From the IMG/VR virus record IMGVR_UViG_3300044614_001923: a stretch of DNA of 64,000 bases. One strand, given 5' to 3'. The notes under the pieces are model-generated. The model was not told the origin of the DNA and made no database searches. It was given only the letters and a program-made list of their open reading frames with translations. Of this stretch, positions 16,763-25,474 are shown in pieces. Every line of letters starts with the position of its first letter. Position 1 is the first letter of the stretch. This stretch comes from a virus. Lineage: Duplodnaviria > Caudoviricetes. A program made the position numbers and the translations under genes.

Positions 16763-17881
16763 TCAGAACGGAGCGGGTTGGTCAACGTATTCTACGGTCA
16801 GTTCAGGTTGAGACGGCATTTGAAAATCGGCATCCACTTTGTCATAGAGTTCCAGGAAAGACTGTTTGGTTTCGTCATCAAAGCGGTTCACGCACACTTG
16901 GATTGCCTTTGCCTTGTCTTGGAAGATGCTGTAAGCACGGATGATATGAACCAGACGGCGGGTGCTGATGATTTCTTCAATACCTCCATCATAGAAGGTC
17001 TTACGGATAATATCTGCCCAGTCAACCAGGCGCTTACAGAAATCGCGGTCTTCTACCTGCAGATCCAGAGCAACGCCTTCCAGGATCTTCTGCTCAGTAG
17101 CAGGGGCAGGATAGGACTGCTCAAAGGTCACAGGGAAACGCTCAAGGAATGCTTCATTGAGCACGTTGGTGCCAATAAAACGTCCATCATCAGAACCCTT
17201 ACCCTTTGTGTTGGCGGTGGCGATTACATTGAAACCAGCAGCAGGTTTTACCCACCGACCAATCTTCTTCAGGAAGACACCTTTTCCTTCAAGGATGGAT
17301 TGGAGACACAGAATCTTGTTGCTAGCGAGGTCGATTTCATCAAGAAGCAGGATTGCTCCTCGCTCCAGTGCCTCAATGACGGGACCGTTGTGCCAAGCAG
17401 TATTCCCATCAACAAGGCGGAAACCCCCGATAAGGTCGTCTTCATCAGTTTCAATGGTAATGTTTACACGGATTAGTTCACGCTTAAGTTGAGCACACGC
17501 TTGCTCCACACTGAACGTTTTACCATTACCCGACAGACCCGTAATGAACGTTGGATAAAAAAGACGGGACTGAATAATTTTTTTAATATCGTTAAAATTA
17601 CCAAACTTGACGAAGGTATCATCTTTATCAGGAATGAGGTTTTGTTCCACAGCGGGGATGGCAGCAGGTGCTTGAAAAGTACGTTCGATTTCTTCTACTT
17701 TTTGTTGTGTCACTTCAAGATTCCATTTGCCACGAGAAGTTTTATATTGAGAAAGTTTGTTAGTCACCGTTTGATAATTAGTATCATTCATTGCACACCA
17801 AGCACGAATATCACCAGAAGTGACACTGTTGCCATAAAGTGCTTGAAGTGAAGTACGAATGTAATCGGTGGAGACGGACAT
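16763..17881 (-). CDS. cobS: MoxR-type AAA+ ATPase (usually annotated CobS)
   Basis: GLSGNGKT Walker A, LLDEID Walker B, ANTKG, AFLERF, ISTRRL. Confidence 0.88.
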   Translation of the reverse strand: MSVSTDYIRTSLQALYGNSVTSGDIRAWCAMNDTNYQTVTNKLSQYKTSRGKWNLEVTQQKVEEIERTFQAPAAIPAVEQNLIPDKDDTFVKFGNFNDIKKIIQSRLFYPTFITGLSGNGKTFSVEQACAQLKRELIRVNITIETDEDDLIGGFRLVDGNTAWHNGPVIEALERGAILLLDEIDLASNKILCLQSILEGKGVFLKKIGRWVKPAAGFNVIATANTKGKGSDDGRFIGTNVLNEAFLERFPVTFEQSYPAPATEQKILEGVALDLQVEDRDFCKRLVDWADIIRKTFYDGGIEEIISTRRLVHIIRAYSIFQDKAKAIQVCVNRFDDETKQSFLELYDKVDADFQMPSQPELTVEYVDQPAPF

Positions 17882-17909
17882 GATTAAGTGGTTTGTTTCA
17901 ACTGAAGTT

Positions 17910-17965
17910 ATTATAGGGCAAAAAGAGGGGGGGTCTGAACCCCCCTGTGTCAGTTTGCCAACTGG
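17910..17965 (-). promoter_or_regulatory. Promoter with CCAGTT-N4-AACTGACACA upstream motif and hairpin/T-tract in spacer
   Basis: TATAAT at 17910-15; 30 nt to AACTGACACA (17946-55); GGGGGG-TTCAGA-CCCCCC hairpin. Confidence 0.6.
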
Positions 17966-18153
17966 TTCTTAAGACTTTCAAAGTAATCTTTTTTGGCAAT
18001 CTTTCCTTTATATCCAGGATAATATTTTTCAACAAGTTTAGGCAAACCCATTGCTGCAATAGATCCAATTTCAGTCACCCAAATTTCTTTGGTATCAAAT
18101 TTAATAACATGCTCGTAAGGAAATTTAGTCTTCATAATTAATTTTATTTTCAA
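17950..18153 (-). CDS. Small hypothetical protein
   Basis: 67-aa ORF between CobS-like gene and Lys-rich ORF. Confidence 0.65.
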   Translation of the reverse strand: MKIKLIMKTKFPYEHVIKFDTKEIWVTEIGSIAAMGLPKLVEKYYPGYKGKIAKKDYFESLKNQLAN

Positions 18154-18808
18154 TAATAGAATGACATTCTACCATAAATTGATGAAATGTTTTACCTGAG
18201 TAATTAAAAGAATCGTTCAACTTTGCCATCTGAACGCCTGTTTTTGAATTTCTCTCCCCCATTCCCAACTTTTTATAAATTCTACCTCTTTGTTCTGCCC
18301 CCTCCTCATCACTTCTCTTTCTTTTCTTTCCAGTAGAACTGATTGCAGTAGGAGTATTTGTAGCAACTCCTTTTTTCTCTTTCATCTTAGATGCAACATC
18401 CTTTAGAGCACCAACAAATGCTCTAGCTTTCTGTCCAGGTTCTTTAATGCTTCTTTTTGGAGAACCTACAGTAATATCATGAACCTCAGAATCTTTTTTA
18501 GCTCCAGTTTTATGAAACTGTTTTTTTAATTCTTTGGCATCAACTTTTTCACCCTCTTTATGTTTTTGTTTTGCAGTATGAGCAGCATAATCTCCAGGAG
18601 ACTTATGAGTTCTTACCCAAACAGGAACATCCTTTCCACTCTTTTCTACTTTTGGATCTTGAATGGGACCCTTTTTTCTAAATCCAGCTCTTGCAACATC
18701 TTTTCTTGCAGCACCTTCAGATCCAGGAATTGGCATAGTGCCAGATTTCCCAGATCCTTTCATTTTCATTAATGTTCTCTCATCAAGGATTTCTTCCTGA
18801 AAGTGCAT
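18125..18808 (-). CDS. Lys-rich hypothetical protein, candidate internal head protein
   Basis: 227 aa; ILDE near N-terminus, GKTFHQFMVE near C-terminus; CTAAATA at 18829-35. Confidence 0.65.
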   Translation of the reverse strand: MHFQEEILDERTLMKMKGSGKSGTMPIPGSEGAARKDVARAGFRKKGPIQDPKVEKSGKDVPVWVRTHKSPGDYAAHTAKQKHKEGEKVDAKELKKQFHKTGAKKDSEVHDITVGSPKRSIKEPGQKARAFVGALKDVASKMKEKKGVATNTPTAISSTGKKRKRSDEEGAEQRGRIYKKLGMGERNSKTGVQMAKLNDSFNYSGKTFHQFMVECHSIIENKINYED

Positions 18809-18831
18809 CTTTATAAGTTCTTTTTATGTAT

Positions 18832-21015
18832 TTAGACTACAAGAGAAATAAACTCTCCAAGAACTTTTTTGTTTAGTTTTTTAGTTTTGAGAGATTTTAC
18901 AAAAGCAGACTTGATTTGCGCTTTGGTTGCACATTCATGAACATCAAACTCAGTATCCTGAGAAAGCGCAGTTGCAGACATTCCAAAGTAAGCATCATAT
19001 CCAGATTTAGTAATAGTAAAACTCTTCAGTTTTTTCCAATCATTCTGAATTTTATCATATTCCTTACTATAGTTTTCATGATACATGTTTACAAAACGTC
19101 CGAAGTTACGACCTTCAAGAACACGAATCCCAATAAAATTCATAGAAGAAAACTTATCTTTCAAGTTCCGAAGAAGAACATCAGTAAAATTATGATATCC
19201 ATAATCAAACATGTAAGTTGTTCCAATCTTTCGATCCCTAAGAAATGTATTCTGAGGATAGACACTAGCAATGCCCAGATAAGGTTCTTTCTCCCAACGA
19301 CGATTAACTTCCCTATGATAAGCAAGTTGATTTGCTTCACCATCAGTCAGAACAATACACTGAACCTTTTGCAGTTTATTTTCTTTCTGAAACTTAGGAA
19401 GAATTTGGTGAAGAGTGATTAGTGCTTCATTTAGTGGGGTTCCAGACAGACACAAACGATTAGGATATGTGTAAGGGCATCGATAGGTATCACTAAAGCA
19501 ATAGGCAAGACGCCAAATATTAAGCATTTGATTTTCCAATTCTTTACCAGAAACTTTACTGGTAAGAATATTCATCATAGAAAATGTCTCATCTACACAA
19601 AGCAAACTTTCCCTTTTCTGATAATGGGGAGTACGATCTGCCGCAAAATACTTTCCAGTTTCATAATCATACTCACCACGCCTCCACTCATTAGTGAAAG
19701 CATAAACCTCAAAGGGAATGGAAACTTTCTTACAGAACCAAACAAGGTTGAAGAGTTGCTTACAAGTATCAAGCATCACATCGGACATAGAACCGCTCCA
19801 ATCCAATACAAACACAAGTCCATGATTCTTACCATCAGGAATCACAGAAACTTTCTTAAAAAGGTCCTCATTGTATTTGTATGTATGCAGGCGAGTAGTA
19901 TCAAGAACACCTGTACGAGCAGTAGAGGAGCGGGCATACTGATCTGCTGCTTTACGGCACTCAAATTCTTTCACCAGATAATTGACTTCTTTCTGAGCAG
20001 AAGATTTAAATTTTTTAAATTCAATGTCAGTCTCTTTATAGAGATCTGTAGGAACAATTCCTCTTTCCTCTGCAGTATTATTTTGGATTTTTTGCTGATG
20101 AGCAAATGAGTCATTAATATCTTTATGAATATCAAAATTCATTCCAATAACCGTATCAAGATTTACCTGAGGAACTTCCACATAAACATTATCATATCCA
20201 CCCTCCTTTACAAGATCACGAATCTTATCTTGCAAAGAATCTGCGGTACGAACTTCTGGTTCATCCTCTTTACCTACAGAATTTACTTGAGTTTGATCAC
20301 CATGAGCAGTTCCACCATAAGAAGTGTCAGATTCTAGAGGTTGAGAGTTGTCACTATTCCCCTCTTGCTCAGAAGAAGAGTCATTGCTCTCCACAGATTC
20401 ATTTCCAGAAGACTCAGAATTTCCTTGAGTTTCTTGATAATCAAGGTCGGAAACTTTTTGTTGCTCCTGTTCTTTCTTACAGTACTTATAAAGTTCTTCT
20501 GCCGCAATCAGAGTATCTGCAAAAGTTTCAGACGCATCAATCAAATTAATGATTTCTTTCTCTTCTACATTAAAATTAAGAGGAATAAAATTCCCAATCT
20601 TAAAGTAAAGATTTACACGGTCGGCAAGATTAAAAGTAGAAATATTCTCATCAGCAATCTGAAAGAAATCATCTTCATTCAGTTCTTTATATCCATTGAA
20701 AAAAGTCTTTGCAAGACCAGCATATTTACGCTTCATCAGTTTCTCAATACGAGCATCCTCAACAACGTTTACAAACTGTGCAGGAACTTTTACATTTTCC
20801 GTCCAGTCCTCATCGGGAGTGAAGAGTGCATGTCCAACCTCGTGACCCACCAGAAGGTCATAGACGGTGTTGCTTGCCTTATCCCACATTGGCAGGGTCA
20901 GCACACGAGTATGAACGTTAAAGCAGGCAGTCTCCACCTTCTTGTGCTCAACCACAAGGTCTTCGGTGGCAAGAAGTTTAGCAAGTTGGGACTTGATTTC
21001 GTGGCGGACGGTCAT
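18832..21015 (-). CDS. HExxH metallopeptidase-like plus VWA (CobT-like) domain protein
   Basis: HEVGH and EDARIE at N-terminus; DWSGSMS MIDAS, GTPL, VLTDGE; start at MTVRHEI because the promoter overlaps the longer start. Confidence 0.8.
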   Translation of the reverse strand: MTVRHEIKSQLAKLLATEDLVVEHKKVETACFNVHTRVLTLPMWDKASNTVYDLLVGHEVGHALFTPDEDWTENVKVPAQFVNVVEDARIEKLMKRKYAGLAKTFFNGYKELNEDDFFQIADENISTFNLADRVNLYFKIGNFIPLNFNVEEKEIINLIDASETFADTLIAAEELYKYCKKEQEQQKVSDLDYQETQGNSESSGNESVESNDSSSEQEGNSDNSQPLESDTSYGGTAHGDQTQVNSVGKEDEPEVRTADSLQDKIRDLVKEGGYDNVYVEVPQVNLDTVIGMNFDIHKDINDSFAHQQKIQNNTAEERGIVPTDLYKETDIEFKKFKSSAQKEVNYLVKEFECRKAADQYARSSTARTGVLDTTRLHTYKYNEDLFKKVSVIPDGKNHGLVFVLDWSGSMSDVMLDTCKQLFNLVWFCKKVSIPFEVYAFTNEWRRGEYDYETGKYFAADRTPHYQKRESLLCVDETFSMMNILTSKVSGKELENQMLNIWRLAYCFSDTYRCPYTYPNRLCLSGTPLNEALITLHQILPKFQKENKLQKVQCIVLTDGEANQLAYHREVNRRWEKEPYLGIASVYPQNTFLRDRKIGTTYMFDYGYHNFTDVLLRNLKDKFSSMNFIGIRVLEGRNFGRFVNMYHENYSKEYDKIQNDWKKLKSFTITKSGYDAYFGMSATALSQDTEFDVHECATKAQIKSAFVKSLKTKKLNKKVLGEFISLVV

Positions 21016-21036
21016 AGGTTTGATTCGTATGAACTC

Positions 21037-21091
21037 ATGATACAAAAAAAGAGGGTGGTTAAACCCTCTGATGTGCCAGTTTAAAAAGTGG
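21037..21091 (-). promoter_or_regulatory. Promoter with CCACTT-N4-AACTGGCACA upstream motif and hairpin/T-tract in spacer
   Basis: TATCAT at 21037-42; 29 nt to AACTGGCACA (21072-81); GAGGGT-TTAACC-ACCCTC hairpin followed by T7. Confidence 0.55.
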
Positions 21092-21093
21092 AC

Positions 21094-21627
21094 TCAAACT
21101 CCTTTTACAGGCATTCCTGGTTTTGAAAGTATTTTATTATTAAGTTCTATCCCCTTTCTTTTCTGTGCATTTGTTTTTGGACCCTTATTAACAAACTTCT
21201 CAAAATCATCTAGAGGATCTTCAGCATTATATCCAAAAGTTGCATGTTTTTCAACAATACTCTGCTTCCACTCTCCACTCATATTTGCCATAATAGCAAG
21301 TGCTGCCTTGTTGGTATCTGCGTAACCTTCGGCAACTAGATGCTCAAGAATATGGTCGAAGAGGTCGGTTTCTACTTCTTCTTTGTTGAGTTCTGCAGCT
21401 CTCCTTTTTGCTTTGTTTCCTGCACCCCTATCTCTATTTGCTCCCTGAGTGTCTGCCCAATAATCCTTATTTCTTCTATTCATTTCACCACCAACACTAC
21501 GTTCTTCTGGAGGAGCACTTCTTCCACCACGTTTTCTCATTGATCCAAATTTAGGATCTAATGCTTCATCAAGTTCACAAACCTGATTATAAGCTTCTTG
21601 AAGGGCACGAAGTTCTTGCGAGTTCAT
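21094..21627 (-). CDS. Modular acidic/basic protein related to 3350..4819
   Basis: LQEAY leader, LDEA site, DLFDHILEHLVAEGYADT spacer; TATAAATA at 21647-54. Confidence 0.7.
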   Translation of the reverse strand: MNSQELRALQEAYNQVCELDEALDPKFGSMRKRGGRSAPPEERSVGGEMNRRNKDYWADTQGANRDRGAGNKAKRRAAELNKEEVETDLFDHILEHLVAEGYADTNKAALAIMANMSGEWKQSIVEKHATFGYNAEDPLDDFEKFVNKGPKTNAQKRKGIELNNKILSKPGMPVKGV

Positions 21628-21641
21628 TTTACAACTACTTT

Positions 21642-21788
21642 TTAGATATTTATAAAATAAGAAGCGTCCCCGTGTTGGAGACGCTTCTTGAGTGCTTGGC
21701 GACGTGCCTTTGCTTGTCGGAGTGCTTGCGGTTTTAGTTTCCGCTTTTGCTCCTTCTTGGAATGATGGTAGCGGTTGGGGACTTGCAT
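21642..21788 (-). CDS. Small highly basic protein (48 aa, MQVPNRYHHSKKEQKRKLKPQALRQAKARRQALKKR...)
   Basis: Translated by hand; TAATG overlap with gp46 stop; not in ORF track. Confidence 0.6.
   Translation of the reverse strand: MQVPNRYHHSKKEQKRKLKPQALRQAKARRQALKKRLQHGDASYFINI
21647..21654 (-). promoter_or_regulatory. T4-type late promoter upstream of the 21094..21627 ORF
   Basis: TATAAATA exact match 20 nt upstream of ATG. Confidence 0.75.
21655..21687 (-). terminator. Probable terminator hairpin
   Basis: GAAGCGTCTCC-AACAC-GGGGACGCTTC followed by TTATTTT. Confidence 0.55.
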
Positions 21789-23515
21789 TAGTCTTGTGCT
21801 GATGTGGACATCATACGTGAAAAACCTTTGACTTTCTCGAACCTTATGACACTTTCAAATTTGTCATGCAGTTCAGACTTATGAGAAATGACAAATATAT
21901 TAGCATCCTTAATAACATAACGTATAATTTTAAGAAACTCTTCAGTTCCATATCCATCCAAAGAAGAATCAAAAACTTCATCCATAATCAAAAGATTTGT
22001 ATTGGTTGAATTTTTAAACTTTGCAACTTCTCTCCAGGTAAAAAGAAGTGCTAAGTCAATTCTTTGCTTTTCTCCCTCACTAAAAGAACTATAAGAAAAG
22101 TCTTCATGAATTGGAGATTGAATGGTTTCGTTAAACTCTTCATCCAGAGTAAAGTTGATGTAAAAATCCATCATCTGAAGATATCTATTAACTTGTTTAT
22201 TAATTAGTGGTAGATACTTTTTGATGATTTTTGTTTTTACTCCTCCATCTTTTAAAAGACTATATGAAAAATCGTAGTAATTAATTAATTCTTTTTTTGA
22301 TGCGAGATCATCAAATACTTTTTGAAGATCTTTTTTAAAGGATTCTAACTTCTCATGTTCAGAATTTCGGTTTGCAAGGTTCTCGGTAAGAACTTGAATT
22401 TCATGTTCAAGTTTTCGGATTTGTCTCTGTAATCCGTTAATCTTAATATTGTTTTGAGAAATGCCATTCGTTAATTTTGAAATCTCCTTAGAAAGAGTAG
22501 TGAATTGACGCTCTCGCTCCTCTTCCTCTTTAATTGCCTCCTCCAGTTCTTTATAACCAGATTGCAACTCCTTTGCTTTAGATTGAGCGTCGTTAATTCT
22601 ATTTATTCTGAAAACCTCCTCGATAGACTGGGTACAGGTGGGGCATACCGTATTCTCAGTGAAGAACTTATGTTCTTTAGTAATTGTCGATACCTTCTGA
22701 GAGATTTTACCCTTTAGATTTCCCAACTTACGAAGTTTTTCTGCGTACCCAACCAGATTGTCTTGCTTTCTAATGTACTCACGAAGAGGTTCTTCTGTAG
22801 AAGAGTTTTCTTCAATCAAGTATTCAACTTCTTCCGACAAAGACTTGATAGAAACGTTTTTGTCGTCAATATCCTTCTTACCTCTATTTTCAAGTTCTTC
22901 AATAAAACTTTGCTGCATCTGAACTTTATCTTTTACCGACTCTTTCTTCAATTCAAATGTTCTAATCTCTTCCTTTGAAGACCGAATTTTTTCTTTGATA
23001 ATGCTGTTCATTGAAGAAAAAATCTTAATATCTAAAAGATCTTCAATAACTTCTCTACGGTTTGATGCAGTAAGTTGCATGAAAGGAACAAAATTACTGC
23101 TGCCAAGAATTACAATCTGAGTAAATGACCTGTAATTCATTTTCAAAACAGTTTGTTCAAACCATTTCTGCTGATCAACAGATGAAGCGTTTTGATCTAT
23201 GAGAGAATCATTCTTGTATATCTCAAAAATATTTGGTTTGATTCCTCTACGTACTTTCCATTTAGTTTTGCCAATTGTAAATTCAATTTCAACTAAGCAA
23301 TCTTTTTCATTGGTAGAATTTACAAGTTGAGGTTTATTGATACCCCTAAAAGACTTACTAAAAAGAACGAATGTTAGTGCATCGAGAACAGTACTTTTTC
23401 CTGCTCCATTCGATCCGATAATTAAAGTAGTTGTATTTTTCTGAAAATTAACTTCTGTAAATTGATTGCCAGTAGAAAGAAAATTTTTCCAACGAATTTT
23501 TTCAAATAAAATCAT
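21788..23515 (-). CDS. gp46: Recombination endonuclease ATPase subunit gp46 (Rad50/SbcC-like)
   Basis: GSNGAGKS, CPTC zinc hook, FSEGEK signature, MDEVFD. Confidence 0.95.
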   Translation of the reverse strand: MILFEKIRWKNFLSTGNQFTEVNFQKNTTTLIIGSNGAGKSTVLDALTFVLFSKSFRGINKPQLVNSTNEKDCLVEIEFTIGKTKWKVRRGIKPNIFEIYKNDSLIDQNASSVDQQKWFEQTVLKMNYRSFTQIVILGSSNFVPFMQLTASNRREVIEDLLDIKIFSSMNSIIKEKIRSSKEEIRTFELKKESVKDKVQMQQSFIEELENRGKKDIDDKNVSIKSLSEEVEYLIEENSSTEEPLREYIRKQDNLVGYAEKLRKLGNLKGKISQKVSTITKEHKFFTENTVCPTCTQSIEEVFRINRINDAQSKAKELQSGYKELEEAIKEEEERERQFTTLSKEISKLTNGISQNNIKINGLQRQIRKLEHEIQVLTENLANRNSEHEKLESFKKDLQKVFDDLASKKELINYYDFSYSLLKDGGVKTKIIKKYLPLINKQVNRYLQMMDFYINFTLDEEFNETIQSPIHEDFSYSSFSEGEKQRIDLALLFTWREVAKFKNSTNTNLLIMDEVFDSSLDGYGTEEFLKIIRYVIKDANIFVISHKSELHDKFESVIRFEKVKGFSRMMSTSAQD

Positions 23516-23780
23516 GTTCTTCTATGTCATCAGGAGGTATAATAATATCGTCTGGAGTAATTACGGCATATTGGTAATCATGAGATTCACATGCTTTAAG
23601 TATCAGATCATCATCAACTTCAATAACATGCATTTCTGGGTAACTTCTATCCTCAAGCATCATTGCGAATCTTGCGGCGTCATCCTCTTCTTGGAAGATA
23701 TAAAGAACTTGTTCTCCATCTTCATTGGTGACGGAATAAGCTCCCTCTTCTTCTTTACCATCTACCGTAATTATAAACAT
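23502..23780 (-). CDS. Hypothetical protein between gp47 and gp46
   Basis: Acidic 92-aa ORF in a typical position. Confidence 0.7.
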   Translation of the reverse strand: MFIITVDGKEEEGAYSVTNEDGEQVLYIFQEEDDAARFAMMLEDRSYPEMHVIEVDDDLILKACESHDYQYAVITPDDIIIPPDDIEEHDFI

Positions 23781-23782
23781 GT

Positions 23783-24817
23783 TTATACCATTTCGCAAGC
23801 TTCTTGATAAATTTCTCGAATAAGTCTTTGGACTATAGATTTGTCCAAATTAATTTCAGACTCTGTAATATATCTATCTAGAATTGAAATGGTATTTTCG
23901 GATTCAAATGCTTCAAATTCTTCAGATTCTTGAATTTGGAAATTTTCAACTACTTTTAATTCGAAAACATTTGAAGAATATAATTTATCAATAAACTTTT
24001 CAAAATTTTTTTGACTTGTTTTCTTTCTTACAATAACTCTAACTATTTTATTTTCATATTCTCGTGCATCAAAAGTTTGATGGGGAGTATCTTCATAATA
24101 AATGTTATAAAACATTCTGTATGGATTATCAATTGAAACGTGATCTAAAGTTTCGGTATCAAATATTGTAAATCCTCTAGAATCATTAACATCATTCCAA
24201 TATATTTCGTATGGATTACCTAGATAGAAAATTTTTCCATCATCCGATCTAGTGTGATAGTGTCCAGAGAAAACACGGTAGAACTTCTCAAATAATTTAC
24301 TGTCCATACCATCTTCCATAATGTGCCCTTTATGAGCTCTAAATCCGTTGAGCTCAAGGTGCCCCATCACACACTTGCAAGTTGTATTTTTAACAAGTTT
24401 AGTAGTCTCTTCCTCATTCTCTTGATTAATCCATGGTAAAAGTAAAATATCTAACCCACCAACATTAATTTGTGTTGCTTTATCATAAGTTTTAATATTA
24501 TCAAATGATTTTAACAGAAGACTTGGAGAATTTACGTTGTTGGTATTCTTATAATAACAATCATGATTTCCAACAATCATATGAACATCATATTTTTTGA
24601 GTGGTTCAAAAACTACACGCTTTGCCCACTCTAAACTTTGATAATCTATTGACTTGCGGCTATCAAAAGCATCTCCCATGTGTATTACAGTAGTAATACC
24701 TTCTTTTTCTAATGTAGGAAAAAATACATTAGCGTAAAACTGCTCAAAATAGTCATGAAAAAGTTTTGATCCCTTTCTACAACCGTAGTGGGTATCTGTA
24801 ATAATTGCGACTTTCAT
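23783..24817 (-). CDS. gp47: Recombination endonuclease nuclease subunit gp47 (Mre11/SbcD-like)
   Basis: DTHYG, GDAFD, GNHD, GHLE, SGHYH phosphoesterase motifs. Confidence 0.95.
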   Translation of the reverse strand: MKVAIITDTHYGCRKGSKLFHDYFEQFYANVFFPTLEKEGITTVIHMGDAFDSRKSIDYQSLEWAKRVVFEPLKKYDVHMIVGNHDCYYKNTNNVNSPSLLLKSFDNIKTYDKATQINVGGLDILLLPWINQENEEETTKLVKNTTCKCVMGHLELNGFRAHKGHIMEDGMDSKLFEKFYRVFSGHYHTRSDDGKIFYLGNPYEIYWNDVNDSRGFTIFDTETLDHVSIDNPYRMFYNIYYEDTPHQTFDAREYENKIVRVIVRKKTSQKNFEKFIDKLYSSNVFELKVVENFQIQESEEFEAFESENTISILDRYITESEINLDKSIVQRLIREIYQEACEMV

Positions 24818-25357
24818 TCAGTAGCGAAGTTTGGTGTATACGTTATCCTTAATAGAATTATATTCGCTATGGGTCATTCCGTCAATACCACTGTCATCAA
24901 AGAAAACTTCATCATAACCCGTTCTTTCTAAGATTTTATTTTTAATCTCTAACTGCTTCTTTTCTCTTTGGATTCTCCTCAGAAATGCGTAGTGAATAAT
25001 CTGAGTGAAATAAGCAAAAGGATTTTGTGATTTCTCGGGATTAAAATTGTGAATGTATTGAACACAGTTTTCAATGCCATCGGAAATCATATCATCCTTA
25101 AACATGTAATTGACAAAATTTGGTTTAAATGATAGATGAGTTGCAATTTTTAAAAAACACTCTCCAATATAATTGGTAATTTGAGGTTTTGTATCCCAAT
25201 GTTTGGAACGGTCATCTTTTGTAGGTATTCTACCATACTTTTGAATAAAGGTCCTTTCTACCTCGCCATGATATGCGATTAGTGCCGCAAGAAAGTCCTT
25301 GTTATTTACATAGTGTTCTGATCTTCTTCTTTTAGTCATTACCGTCGTTGTTATCAT
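24818..25357 (-). CDS. gp55: Late sigma factor gp55
   Basis: HYVNNKDF, YIGECFLKIA, NPFAYFTQI. Confidence 0.95.
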   Translation of the reverse strand: MITTTVMTKRRRSEHYVNNKDFLAALIAYHGEVERTFIQKYGRIPTKDDRSKHWDTKPQITNYIGECFLKIATHLSFKPNFVNYMFKDDMISDGIENCVQYIHNFNPEKSQNPFAYFTQIIHYAFLRRIQREKKQLEIKNKILERTGYDEVFFDDSGIDGMTHSEYNSIKDNVYTKLRY

Positions 25358-25416
25358 TAGAATACCTAATTTATTATGTAGATATTATAACATTTACAGT
25401 TGAAAATAACAACAAC

Positions 25417-25446
25417 TTGACACTACCCTTCAAACTCCGTTATAAT
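25417..25446 (+). promoter_or_regulatory. Consensus sigma70 promoter on the + (antisense) strand
   Basis: TTGACA-18 nt-TATAAT, divergent from an extended -10 (TGTTATAAT) on the minus strand upstream of gp55. Confidence 0.6.
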
Positions 25447-25474
25447 GTCTTTGTCAAAGATGATAAGAATTATA

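Noticed and set aside
16778-17476. 232-aa plus-strand ORF
   Set aside because: Antisense shadow of the GC-richer MoxR gene; most simply explained by codon bias
20341-21084. 247-aa plus-strand ORF
   Set aside because: Antisense shadow of the VWA gene; no recognisable motifs or RBS
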